From: a virus
Taxonomy: Duplodnaviria; Caudoviricetes
Strand: one strand, 5' to 3'
DNA length: 64,000 nucleotides
Virus record (IMG/VR): IMGVR_UViG_3300043496_000014
Coordinates: 2,245-66,244 of that record
In this document: positions 47,580-57,146 of the stretch, piece after piece
Layout: each line of letters opens with the position of its first letter
Numbering within the stretch: position 1 is the stretch's first letter
Program-made: the position numbers and the translations under genes
Notes under the pieces: generated by a model
The model's input: the letters and a program-made list of their open reading frames with translations, nothing else
What the model was told of the DNA's origin: nothing
Databases searched by the model: none

Positions 47580-48155
47580 ATGAAGATCAATAAGGCAGTG
47601 AACATTGAGCTACTACAGAAAGAGCTACGTGATGCTGGTGTACCGTTTAGGGGTATAACTGCGTGGTTTACTGATGTTGATGGTGAGATAGATATATTCG
47701 ATCATGATAAGAATGGAGTACAGATTGATCCGTCACCAGCAGCTATTGCCATAATAGAAGCACACAATGCTCCACCAGAACCACCAACACCTGACTTTGG
47801 TAATGATGAACCTGACTCAAACTTTCGTGCACAAGCAGCAACAGCAGTAGCAGGGCTACGTAACTATATGAACCTGGAGACTGCACCCACACCAGCACAA
47901 CGTATAGCATGGGAGCGTCTAGTGTGTCGTATCCTCCTATTCTTGATACGATACGTCATAGCTCCACCACCAGTATCTGTACCTATACCTGCACCTATGC
48001 AGTTTACACCACCTTCAATAGAACCACTGTTGTTACCTGGAGACGATATAGTAGCAAACATGATTGCTAGGGGTGAATTTGCTGGTGCTGGTGGTAGTGC
48101 AACAACTGATGTGCCACTGAAGCCTGTGCCACCACCAGAAGGATTGGGAGATTAG
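47580..48155 (+). CDS. putative tail fibre chaperone/accessory protein
   Basis: Follows the fibre gene; AGGA SD. Confidence 0.6.
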   Translation: MKINKAVNIELLQKELRDAGVPFRGITAWFTDVDGEIDIFDHDKNGVQIDPSPAAIAIIEAHNAPPEPPTPDFGNDEPDSNFRAQAATAVAGLRNYMNLETAPTPAQRIAWERLVCRILLFLIRYVIAPPPVSVPIPAPMQFTPPSIEPLLLPGDDIVANMIARGEFAGAGGSATTDVPLKPVPPPEGLGD

Positions 48156-48159
48156 TGAC

Positions 48160-49683
48160 GTGACAGAAGTAGCACGTTTCTTTGATGCGCAGTCATATAG
48201 TGAAGGGGATCAGGCTGAAGTACAAGCACGGTTCCGTTCTACAGGTGTACTAATTGACGTAGCTAGCAGGCTTGTGGTGAGTGCTCCAGGTGGTATGTTT
48301 GTGTCCATTGCTCCAGGTGAAGCAATGGTAGAAGGGTTCTGGTACAAGAATACTGCTGCACTACAACTGGCTGTTGGCAACAACACAAGTGGTAGCACGC
48401 GCTATGACAGAGTAGTGTTGCGTCTAAGCCGTACAGGTAACACACTGAATGCAGCAGTAGTAGTAGGCACTGTTGGCGCTGGAGCACCACCAGCACTGAC
48501 GCAGATAGTGGGTGGTATATGGGAACTACCACTGGCTGTCATTACGGTGCCTACTGGTGTAGGTGCCATACTACCAAACATGATAACCAATAACCCTGTG
48601 TATACAAACATGCTTGTAGATGCACGTCCTAACTTGTTTGATAACCCTACGTTTAGAGTCAATCAGCGTAGTATTGTTGCACTTAGTACTACTGGATATG
48701 CTGCTGATAGATGGATTACAGGACTAACGAATAATACAGGAGGCTTTGTTGTACAATCTGTAGCTGCATATCCACCTAATATGGGATTCTTTGAGACGCA
48801 ACCAGTAAAATCACTTCTTGTGTCACGTGGCAACGCTGTAGCAATTGCTGCTGATACACTCATTGGTCCACAGCAATCACTAGAAGGTATCAAGGCTACA
48901 CCGCTCTTTGGTCAAACAGCGTGTGTATCATGGTGGTCTTTCTGTAACAAGGTAGGTACCTTTAGCTTTAACTATGAGCAATTTGGTGGTAACTGGAGAT
49001 ACATTGCTAGCTGGACACATGGTCTAGCTAACACATGGCAGTTTAACTACGTAGTGATACCGTGGAACGTTGGTGCTGGTTGGATAGATACTAGTGCTGG
49101 TTCCCTGACGTGTAGATGGTTAGCAGTATGTGGTGACAACTACAGACATACCGTTACCAACCAGTGGGTGAATGTTAATGGTAAGTATATCGGACCAGAC
49201 CATGATAACCCACTCACTGCTACTGCTGATGTGCTGTGGATTTATCAGCCTAAACTAGAGGTAGGTAGTTACCCCACACGCTTTGAAGTGCCTGATCCTA
49301 CATTGGAACGTATACAGTGCTACAGGCAACTGTACGTGGAACGTGAACAAATAACAGGTTGGGTTGGGAGTAATGCTGTTGCGCTAGAAGCCACACAGTA
49401 TTTACCTGTACAAATGAGAGTGATACCAGCATTCTCTGTGCCTGTTGTACCATCATTTGCTCAAGGTGCTGCACCAACTGCTAATCAAATAGGCGTTCTA
49501 TGTCAATCGTCATGGATTACCAACTTTACATACAGCAGTTGGGTAGCATGGGTGAATATAGGTGCTAAAACACATGGTTCATTCATAACTTCTAGTACAG
49601 TAGGAACTGGTATAGGTGCAGGACAAGCAGCATCCATTGTGTTGGGTAGCAACATACAAGTAGTATACAGTTCGGAGTTGTAG
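48160..49683 (+). CDS. tail fibre/RBP, paralog 3, with carbohydrate-binding-like domain
   Basis: Same N-domain; NLFDNPTFRVNQR...YAADRW...QPKLEVGSYPTRFE...CYR. Confidence 0.85.
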   Translation: MTEVARFFDAQSYSEGDQAEVQARFRSTGVLIDVASRLVVSAPGGMFVSIAPGEAMVEGFWYKNTAALQLAVGNNTSGSTRYDRVVLRLSRTGNTLNAAVVVGTVGAGAPPALTQIVGGIWELPLAVITVPTGVGAILPNMITNNPVYTNMLVDARPNLFDNPTFRVNQRSIVALSTTGYAADRWITGLTNNTGGFVVQSVAAYPPNMGFFETQPVKSLLVSRGNAVAIAADTLIGPQQSLEGIKATPLFGQTACVSWWSFCNKVGTFSFNYEQFGGNWRYIASWTHGLANTWQFNYVVIPWNVGAGWIDTSAGSLTCRWLAVCGDNYRHTVTNQWVNVNGKYIGPDHDNPLTATADVLWIYQPKLEVGSYPTRFEVPDPTLERIQCYRQLYVEREQITGWVGSNAVALEATQYLPVQMRVIPAFSVPVVPSFAQGAAPTANQIGVLCQSSWITNFTYSSWVAWVNIGAKTHGSFITSSTVGTGIGAGQAASIVLGSNIQVVYSSEL

Positions 49684-49693
49684 GTAACATAAC

Positions 49694-50305
49694 ATGCCAG
49701 CCAGATACAAGCGTGTGACACCATTGCACGATGAACTGTGGATTGATACAGAAACAGGTACATCGTTTGGTAACTCTGAAACCAAAGAGTACCTAGCATA
49801 CCAGGAGTGGCTAGCACAAGGTGGCATACCTGATGATGCAAACCCACTTCCTGTAAACTACAGTGACAACGAACGACACACAGCACAGGTGCTAACTACT
49901 AATAGTGCACCACAGGAATTATGGAGGTACACCACAACGAACAAGACAGGGTATGACATCGTAATCAGGATTATTGCCGTAGACAAAGGTAATGGTGCCA
50001 TAAAGAAGCAAAGTGTAGATGCTACTGTCTCTAGGATAGGTGCTACACCTAATCTAGTAGGACGTACAGATCAGGTGTCACACACTACAGGTGGTACACG
50101 TGGCAATGATGCACACATCAGTGAATGGCAACTCAATCCGTCATTTGATGGCTATGACCTTGTGCTGAGTGTAGTAGGTGCAGATCAACGTAACATAGAC
50201 TGGCATGCCACTATCAGCATGGTTAAGTTTGCACCTGATGGCATTGTTACAGCACCAGTAATAGCATTGGCACAAGCGCACCTACAGACACAGGCACTTG
50301 ACTAA
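49694..50305 (+). CDS. tail fibre-associated protein
   Basis: EYLAYQEWLAQGGIP motif typical of fibre-assembly proteins. Confidence 0.65.
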   Translation: MPARYKRVTPLHDELWIDTETGTSFGNSETKEYLAYQEWLAQGGIPDDANPLPVNYSDNERHTAQVLTTNSAPQELWRYTTTNKTGYDIVIRIIAVDKGNGAIKKQSVDATVSRIGATPNLVGRTDQVSHTTGGTRGNDAHISEWQLNPSFDGYDLVLSVVGADQRNIDWHATISMVKFAPDGIVTAPVIALAQAHLQTQALD

Positions 50306-51468
50306 TGGCTATAAACCAGTATGCCATAAACGTGTTCAGTGCAAACGGTGTACGTCTGCGCATCCTGAACATTATACAATCGGCGAGGTATCGTAAGGCA
50401 GAGAATGAAACAGGTGATTGGGAGTTAACACTGGCATACGGTGATGGTAGTATACCTGAGTTGCTGTCACCACCTAACACGGTGGAATTCTGGAGAGATG
50501 GTAAGTATCAATTTGGTGGATTGATACGACACCAACGAGTGTTCCAGGATGGACGTGTACCGTTCTATACCGTGAGTGGGCCAGGATACCTACAGTGGCT
50601 AGCTGATTGTCGTATGCGTCCTGCAACAGGCACAGGTGACATTACGTATGCTGCTGATAACCTAGACGATATTATGAAACGTATAGTACGTGAACAGGTA
50701 TTGGACTTCAATACTCGTATAGTAGTGGCTGCTGACAGTGGACTGTGTGCAGTAAGTGAACAATATGTAGCTACAGCATATGAACATGTATTAGAGACAC
50801 TACAGAATATTGCTGAACGTGCCAAGGATACAACCTTTGATGTGATACGTGATACTGATGGTGCACTACGGTTCCGTACCTACACACCTAGTCGTGGGCC
50901 AGATAGAAGCAAGGGTACAGCTAGTCCTGTGTTGTTTGATTTGCGTGGTGGTAACCTGATAGATGCTGAATGGATCAGGGATGGTAATGCTGTAGTGAAT
51001 GCGCTATGGGCAGGTGGGCCAGGAGACAAGGCTTCGAGATACATCTATCCACCTACGTATGCACTCACTAACTCACAGAGCATACTTGATTGGGGACGTA
51101 TAGAAGGATTCTTTGATGCAGGTAGTGAAGGTACAGTAGCTACTGATAAGAAGTGCCAAGAAGAACTAGATAAACAGTCTGTTGGTGAAGAATCGGTCAG
51201 CTTTAAGGTGTCACCCTTTGGTAGATACATACTTGGACGTGACTTTGATTTTGGTACCAAAGTCACTGTGGTATGGGAAGACGTACTAGAGTTTTCTGAT
51301 ACCATTAAGGGGTTGGAAGTACGCCTAGACAGTGGTTCAGGTGTAGCACAGGTAGACATCAATGTGGGTGACACACTGACAGGTGACACACAGACACGTG
51401 CCAGTATCATCCTAGGTAAGTTTCTGCGTAGACTACGCCAAACCATTGGCGTACAGACAAGGCACTGA
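50305..51468 (+). CDS. siphovirus ReqiPepy6 gp37-like minor tail (hub) protein
   Basis: GDWELTL, GPDRS, N..WAGGPG, WGRIEGFFD, DFDFGTKVTV. Confidence 0.85.
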   Translation: MAINQYAINVFSANGVRLRILNIIQSARYRKAENETGDWELTLAYGDGSIPELLSPPNTVEFWRDGKYQFGGLIRHQRVFQDGRVPFYTVSGPGYLQWLADCRMRPATGTGDITYAADNLDDIMKRIVREQVLDFNTRIVVAADSGLCAVSEQYVATAYEHVLETLQNIAERAKDTTFDVIRDTDGALRFRTYTPSRGPDRSKGTASPVLFDLRGGNLIDAEWIRDGNAVVNALWAGGPGDKASRYIYPPTYALTNSQSILDWGRIEGFFDAGSEGTVATDKKCQEELDKQSVGEESVSFKVSPFGRYILGRDFDFGTKVTVVWEDVLEFSDTIKGLEVRLDSGSGVAQVDINVGDTLTGDTQTRASIILGKFLRRLRQTIGVQTRH

Positions 51469-51474
51469 CAACAC

Positions 51475-51876
51475 ATGGCCAAACAGCAACTGGAACGTGC
51501 GTTTACCATAGTCAGTCCTGATGCTGTAGACACTAACACTGGCACTGACACAAACACAGAACAGGTTAGTGTTGATGGGCAAACAAATGGTAAACGTATT
51601 GTAGTCATACCAATGGCTGAATGGTTCCAGTGTTTGCAGCGTGCTGTGCGTACATGGATACAAGCGTTTATCTTCATGATTGGTGGTGGCACTATCTACC
51701 AGATACTCACAGGGTTAGGCATACCACCAGCAAGTGCAGAGAACCTACCCAGTACAGGCTATGTTGTGTACGATGCCATACTGTATTCCCTGGTGTTGGC
51801 CATAGTTGTGTTTATATGGAATGCGTGTGAATTTGCTCTGGACATCGACATCAAAGCACCACGTTGGAGGGCGTAA
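51475..51876 (+). CDS. putative holin
   Basis: RAVRTWIQA followed by two hydrophobic helices; upstream of the lysins. Confidence 0.7.
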   Translation: MAKQQLERAFTIVSPDAVDTNTGTDTNTEQVSVDGQTNGKRIVVIPMAEWFQCLQRAVRTWIQAFIFMIGGGTIYQILTGLGIPPASAENLPSTGYVVYDAILYSLVLAIVVFIWNACEFALDIDIKAPRWRA

Positions 51877-51879
51877 CAC

Positions 51880-53118
51880 ATGCTAGCCAAACGATTTGGT
51901 ATTGCAGGTAACGTGCATACTGGTTACCCTGACCTTGTGTATTCACGTACCGTCAAGCTAGGGTGGTTGCGTTCACTGGTGCTTGACTTTGGATCGTGGG
52001 AAGCTATGCTACAACAGGTACCTAATGACACCTGTGTAGCTGCTGTAGTGACAGGACAGACACAAGGTCTGAACAATGACTTTTGGTCTGAAGGTTGGAA
52101 AGAGCGATATGAAGCATGCATTACTGAACTATGTGAACGTAGTTACAAGAAACTGCGTCTGATTGAATTCACCAATGAATGGGATTTTTGGGACAACGAG
52201 GATAGGGCACAGAAAGCAGCAGAGTTAGCCATGATTGGCACCAACATATGCAAACGGTATGGCATATTAGGTGTGTTGGGTAGTGTGGCTAGTGCTGACT
52301 GGAAAGCACAACTAGCTAGTGCATTTGCAGTAATAGATCGTGTGGAGTCTGAGTTAGGGTATGAAGTAGTACATGGGTTTGCGTTCCATCCGTATGTTTC
52401 GTACGTTGAACGTGAAGGTGATGGTGGGTTTAGGGTACCTGCTGATCCTGGTGAAGATTGGGAACGTCTATCAGACAAGATACGTGTTGCTATTGACATT
52501 GCTGGTGGTAGACCAGTGGCTATTACTGAAGGTGGTATTAAAGTAGAGGATGCTGGTGGACTGGACGAACAACAGTTGTACGTGCATGGATTCTTCCAGG
52601 ATGAACTATCGCAATTTGATCCTGATGAACTACTGATGGCTACATACTTCTGTTGGTGTGACCAAAATGGTGCTCCAGGTGAACAGGGTATGCAGGGGTT
52701 CGGTCTGATTAACGAGAACGGTAGGCTACGTCCAGCATACAATGCAGCTACGTATCAGTTCCAGAACGCACCTGTAGTCAACATACCTGTACAGAGACTG
52801 ATTGCAAACAGCTACCCTGAAGTGGAACAGCCACCTGTGGTGCCTGAACCACCTATCCAGCCACCTGTGCAGATCCCTACACGTACCGTTACCGTCCAGG
52901 AAGCCATGAGCATACGCTGGCGTGCTCTGGTGCCCACAGCCGTCTATAACCATGACTTTGGCTTTGAACGCCACTGGCGTGCTCCTGAGAACGCATGGTG
53001 GGGTAGTCCACTTACGGAAAGTGAGCTACTACTAGAAGATGAGCGACCAGTACGTATCTTTGCCAACGCAGTGATAGCGTACAACGGTAGTGATGACACC
53101 GTAGAAGTGTTGAGTTAG
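51880..53118 (+). CDS. GH-A clan glycoside hydrolase with C-terminal cell-surface-binding repeat
   Basis: NEW (acid/base), FHPY, ITEGG (nucleophile), FGL....RPAY; Pro linker; FERHWR...WGSPLTESE. Confidence 0.75.
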   Translation: MLAKRFGIAGNVHTGYPDLVYSRTVKLGWLRSLVLDFGSWEAMLQQVPNDTCVAAVVTGQTQGLNNDFWSEGWKERYEACITELCERSYKKLRLIEFTNEWDFWDNEDRAQKAAELAMIGTNICKRYGILGVLGSVASADWKAQLASAFAVIDRVESELGYEVVHGFAFHPYVSYVEREGDGGFRVPADPGEDWERLSDKIRVAIDIAGGRPVAITEGGIKVEDAGGLDEQQLYVHGFFQDELSQFDPDELLMATYFCWCDQNGAPGEQGMQGFGLINENGRLRPAYNAATYQFQNAPVVNIPVQRLIANSYPEVEQPPVVPEPPIQPPVQIPTRTVTVQEAMSIRWRALVPTAVYNHDFGFERHWRAPENAWWGSPLTESELLLEDERPVRIFANAVIAYNGSDDTVEVLS

Positions 53119-53124
53119 TAGCGC

Positions 53125-54120
53125 ATGACACGTGCAGTACTGCTAGCACAACAACAGGGTAACGTAAAGAGCAAGCACACCATACTACAACCTGTAGGTG
53201 GTGCATGGCAGTGGTGGTCACCAGAGATTATTTCGATGGTGACTAACTCACCACTAGAGAATGTTGTGTCTGACTGGCCCAAAGTGTACGGTGCACTGGA
53301 GTTGTATGGAATAGCTGACTACAACACATGTAGGGCAGCTATTGCCACTATTGCTATTGAAACTGCACACAGGTTTGTACCTGTACGTGAAGCCTACTGG
53401 TTAGATGATGCATACGGCTATGAATTAGGTGAACAGTGGCGTGCAAACAACTTACGTTACTACCCATATTATGGACGTGGACACATACAGCTAACATGGG
53501 AGGATAACTACAAATACTACGGTTGGCGTATTGGCGCAGACTTAGTTACGTTCCCTGATAAAGCACTGGTTGGTATAGTTAGTGCTAATGTGTTTGGTTT
53601 GTATTACTATGAGAAGGGTGTGTACCTAGCAGCACAGCGTGAAGACTGGTACGAGTGTAGAAGACTAGTACAGGGTGCGTATGCAGGTATAGAAGAATTT
53701 GTAGCTATCATTGATTCACTGGGTATGTATAGACTTGAAGTACCCTACACGCTATCACGAGTATTAGAGTTAGGGTACTCCAGGATAGGTGACCCATACG
53801 TATGGGATGGTGAGATACCAGGATCGTTTGATTGTAGTGGCTTTATCAAGTGGACGTATGATGGACGTGTACCTAGCTACACTGATGATATCTATGGTGT
53901 GACATACCCATGTCCTGATCCCAATGGTGGTGATGTGGTGCTATATGAATATCATGACGTGAATCAGCCCAACACAAGATTTCCTCATGTTGGGCTGTGG
54001 TTGAATGACCATGAAACGTTGGATGCACGTTACGGTTATGGTGTTGGTGTACACCCTCATCTTCTTGGAGCTAAGCTTTATACTAGGAGGGTTCCTGGTG
54101 TTGTGGTGGATACGTTGTGA
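53125..54120 (+). CDS. endolysin: GH19-like glycosidase plus NlpC/P60 peptidase
   Basis: IETAHRF, YYGRGHIQLTWEDNY; PYVWDG...FDCSGF...HVG. Confidence 0.9.
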   Translation: MTRAVLLAQQQGNVKSKHTILQPVGGAWQWWSPEIISMVTNSPLENVVSDWPKVYGALELYGIADYNTCRAAIATIAIETAHRFVPVREAYWLDDAYGYELGEQWRANNLRYYPYYGRGHIQLTWEDNYKYYGWRIGADLVTFPDKALVGIVSANVFGLYYYEKGVYLAAQREDWYECRRLVQGAYAGIEEFVAIIDSLGMYRLEVPYTLSRVLELGYSRIGDPYVWDGEIPGSFDCSGFIKWTYDGRVPSYTDDIYGVTYPCPDPNGGDVVLYEYHDVNQPNTRFPHVGLWLNDHETLDARYGYGVGVHPHLLGAKLYTRRVPGVVVDTL

Positions 54121-55006
54121 CAATGCTGTCTGCATTGTCAGTATGCCGTAGTTGATCGTAGCCTAACAGGGTACCACTTATGTGTGTAGGATCAGGGTGT
54201 ACCTGTGCCTGATGCTCTTTTGGGCCAGCATGTTCAGGCTTCTGTGGTACTAGTCTGTTGTACAAGGCTATGTCTTCATCTATTGGTCTGAATCCAGCAA
54301 TACTAATCATGTCTGAGTGTGACTTAGCGTAACTGGTACGTGCACACCGTGCAACACTCAGTGCAATGCATGTGGACTGTGGCAGCAACAGGCGTTCCCT
54401 TGGTGACACAAACGGTAGGTGCCACTCGTTTGTGTGTAGGAACGTTGGCGTACTAGCACGGTAGGCTGTGTGTGCCAGTCCAGCAACCTGCTGCACTTCA
54501 TCCTGTGCTGTATGATGTGTCCGTAGTTCAAAGAAATGCAGCCACCATACGTCGATAGCTGTACACACCAATGTGGTGTACTGCCATGTAGCTAGTGGCC
54601 TATTAGCTATTTGTTTGTGTACACCAATGCCCATAAGTGCCAGTGACTCTAGCAGTGACACATAACGTGTCTTTAACCATATGTGTCTAGCTAGTTGGTG
54701 TCTCCAACCAGTGTGGTAACCTTTTGATGAATGCATACTGACTGCACGCTTAGGGAACCGTGTAGGTACAAATGGATTATTGAGTACGTCCCTCAGTATC
54801 TGTTTGGTAGGCTTAGCACGGTTGCTGTTGGTGGACTTGTTACTGTCCACTTCTATGGCTATCTTGTCAGAAGCTTGCTGTGACTTGTAGATAGTACGGT
54901 GCGTCAATATGTCCTGATGAATAATGCTAGGGTACGTAAGCAGCATGGTTGTTAGCCGTATACCATGTGGTGCTATGCTGTCTGCAACTACAGTGGCTTG
55001 TATCAT
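54083..55006 (-). CDS. thyX: FAD-dependent thymidylate synthase (atypical)
   Basis: VADSI...RLTT, LTHR...SNRAKP, HKQIANR, FFELR....AQDE, WHLPFV, SVARCARTSY, EHQA. Confidence 0.85.
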   Translation of the reverse strand: MIQATVVADSIAPHGIRLTTMLLTYPSIIHQDILTHRTIYKSQQASDKIAIEVDSNKSTNSNRAKPTKQILRDVLNNPFVPTRFPKRAVSMHSSKGYHTGWRHQLARHIWLKTRYVSLLESLALMGIGVHKQIANRPLATWQYTTLVCTAIDVWWLHFFELRTHHTAQDEVQQVAGLAHTAYRASTPTFLHTNEWHLPFVSPRERLLLPQSTCIALSVARCARTSYAKSHSDMISIAGFRPIDEDIALYNRLVPQKPEHAGPKEHQAQVHPDPTHISGTLLGYDQLRHTDNADSIVTTYPPQHQEPS

Positions 55007-55566
55007 GGCTTGTACCTGCTTTCTACTGGTCCTGTGCTGTTGTAGTAATGGCCCACAACGTTGTATGGACGTGTTGACATGGTGTTCATTCGATAGAACC
55101 TAAGTTGCGCTATACGCATACCCTCCCACAGGCGTAGCCACCAGGGTGAAGCATTGAACAGTTCCAGGGTGAGTTGTCCTGACCAACCAGGATCAATGAA
55201 ACCCGCTGTCATGTGCACAGCTAACCACCATCTGCCCAACGAGGAACACCCTGCTATGTCTGCTGCTATCGTAGCATCAGGGTGTAATGTGAGTATTTCT
55301 TGTGTGTGTCCTAGTGCTACACCGTGTGGTGGTAACCAATACTGGTATCCACTGTCATAGGGATACAACTTGTCCTGTAGTAATGGCTGTTCATCTGATG
55401 CAGGATCAAACCTAGCAGGACCGTCCAGGTTAGGTATCAGTAGCTTGCCACCTAAATGCACATCATAGGAAGCAGGCTTGATGTCATCAAAGTTGTATGG
55501 ATTAAGTATGATGTTCTGTAGGTTTATTTCCTCCATGATATCGTAATCACTCAACATCTTTAGCAT
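55003..55566 (-). CDS. dcd: dCTP deaminase
   Basis: PASYDVHLG, SSLGR, TAGFIDPGWSGQLTLE, RIAQL. Confidence 0.92.
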   Translation of the reverse strand: MLKMLSDYDIMEEINLQNIILNPYNFDDIKPASYDVHLGGKLLIPNLDGPARFDPASDEQPLLQDKLYPYDSGYQYWLPPHGVALGHTQEILTLHPDATIAADIAGCSSLGRWWLAVHMTAGFIDPGWSGQLTLELFNASPWWLRLWEGMRIAQLRFYRMNTMSTRPYNVVGHYYNSTGPVESRYKP

Positions 55567-56182
55567 CCACTATGCGTTGTAGACACAGGAAGTACCCTAT
55601 ACCATCTACTCTGTTCTCTCTGTTGGGACGGAATGATTCACGTGATATCTTTAGTTGTATCAACATCAGTGCTACATCTTCAGGTGTAATGTGAACGTCT
55701 ACCTTTAGTTTCCTGAGCAGTGTACCTGTCCACATGTGTGCTATCTTCTCAAAGTTTACGTTAGGATCGTCATACGCCTGTTCACGGTCACCATACACTA
55801 TAGCTCTGGCTTCCTCATCAATGGTGGGTTGTTGTTGCTGTACAGTGAATGGAGGGTTATTAAACATATTGGAACGTTCATCTGTAGGTTGTTCTGGTTT
55901 GTATGGGTGTGCAGTCACTGTAGTGTTGTCTCCTGTCTGCTTGTGTGCTGGTGCGTCTTTTTGTCCTGAACAATGGCCACATATTTCTACGTTCCAACGC
56001 TGTGTCATTATGGGCCAGAATTTGTGTTGGTTGCTAGCTGATCTAATATGGTCTTCATAAGCATGTATGGTGTGTGCTTCAGCTTGTAGGCATATACAAC
56101 AGATTGTAGTACCATTACTTCTGTATCTATGTACTGAGTGTAGCTCGAATGTGTCTGCAAATGTACGGTATGTAGTGGTCAT
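55547..56182 (-). CDS. DUF6378-like protein with N-terminal His/Cys repeats
   Basis: EEARAIVYGDREQAY..P..NF..IA..W...DVALML..LKISR...DGIGY. Confidence 0.8.
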   Translation of the reverse strand: MTTTYRTFADTFELHSVHRYRSNGTTICCICLQAEAHTIHAYEDHIRSASNQHKFWPIMTQRWNVEICGHCSGQKDAPAHKQTGDNTTVTAHPYKPEQPTDERSNMFNNPPFTVQQQQPTIDEEARAIVYGDREQAYDDPNVNFEKIAHMWTGTLLRKLKVDVHITPEDVALMLIQLKISRESFRPNRENRVDGIGYFLCLQRIVDAKDVE

Positions 56183-56655
56183 GGGTCACTTGGTACCTGT
56201 AGCGTGGTAAGTAGCTGCCTGACAAACAGGTAGCGTATCACGTGTGCCATTGCATCAACTTCATGTCGTTGGTCATGCTTGGTGTTGCCATCGTGTGCTG
56301 TTGGTAGTGCTATCTTGGTACGTGCGTACGATAGGTACGCCTTACGTTGCTGTGGTGTGTCTTCTACTAACTGTATCTCATGCTCTGCACACAATGCCTG
56401 CACACCACCAATGATCCTGACAGTGTGCAATCCATACTTACTAATAAGTTGAGCATTGAAACGTTCCATGATTACCACGTCTACTGGTGGACGTATGTAT
56501 GCCCACACCTGTTCAGGTTCAGTACAGGTAGCACTAAAGTAGTTGTAGTGCAGTGTGCGTGTACCACTGGTGTTGTCCCACAGTGTAGCTATAGCTATGC
56601 CAGTAGAGACACCTGGATCAAGTCCTAAAATTGTCGTTGGTTGTATGTTCATCAT
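56179..56655 (-). CDS. RuvC-like Holliday junction resolvase
   Basis: ILGLDPGVSTGIA, VIMERF, HEVDA. Confidence 0.8.
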   Translation of the reverse strand: MMNIQPTTILGLDPGVSTGIAIATLWDNTSGTRTLHYNYFSATCTEPEQVWAYIRPPVDVVIMERFNAQLISKYGLHTVRIIGGVQALCAEHEIQLVEDTPQQRKAYLSYARTKIALPTAHDGNTKHDQRHEVDAMAHVIRYLFVRQLLTTLQVPSDP

Positions 56656-57146
56656 ATGCCTAAAGCCTTTGCTAACTTTCTTTCCAGTTTCCTTGTTTCG
56701 TTATGTTCCAGTTGCCACGATGTTGTACACTCTTTACACTGTTTGTCACCTTCAACTCTTTTATGTAATCTTTTCTTACACAATCCCAATTCTATATACG
56801 AACCTAGCTGTATGTATTCTTTTATAGCATTCATAAACTGTTCCTCCTTTACTTCATCTAGATACTCACTTAGTAGTGAATACACCACTTCTACATCATG
56901 TATCGTTTGTACACTCCAAGCGTATCGCGGCTTGTATTGCTCAGCAGTAGACTTCTTGTATATGTTACCAATTCCAACGATACGCTGAAATCTGGCTAAT
57001 ACGGTTGGCACATCGTCAGTGTACGATGATTGTGTTATAGAACACGAAATTGATCTACAATTATCTCTGGCACGTTGACTGCAACCAACGTAACCCTCAC
57101 CATCAAAGAAACCTGCTGCCCATGCTAGTTCTGTTTCTGTACTCAT
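56652..57146 (-). CDS. free-standing LAGLIDADG homing endonuclease
   Basis: LAWAAGFFDGEGYV; ATGA overlap with the polymerase stop. Confidence 0.9.
   Translation of the reverse strand: MSTETELAWAAGFFDGEGYVGCSQRARDNCRSISCSITQSSYTDDVPTVLARFQRIVGIGNIYKKSTAEQYKPRYAWSVQTIHDVEVVYSLLSEYLDEVKEEQFMNAIKEYIQLGSYIELGLCKKRLHKRVEGDKQCKECTTSWQLEHNETRKLERKLAKALGI

Noticed and set aside
45236-49683. Diversity-generating retroelement or invertible tail-fibre switch
   Set aside because: No reverse transcriptase, adenine-variable TR/VR pair or invertase in the window; the repeats are N-terminal and in direct orientation
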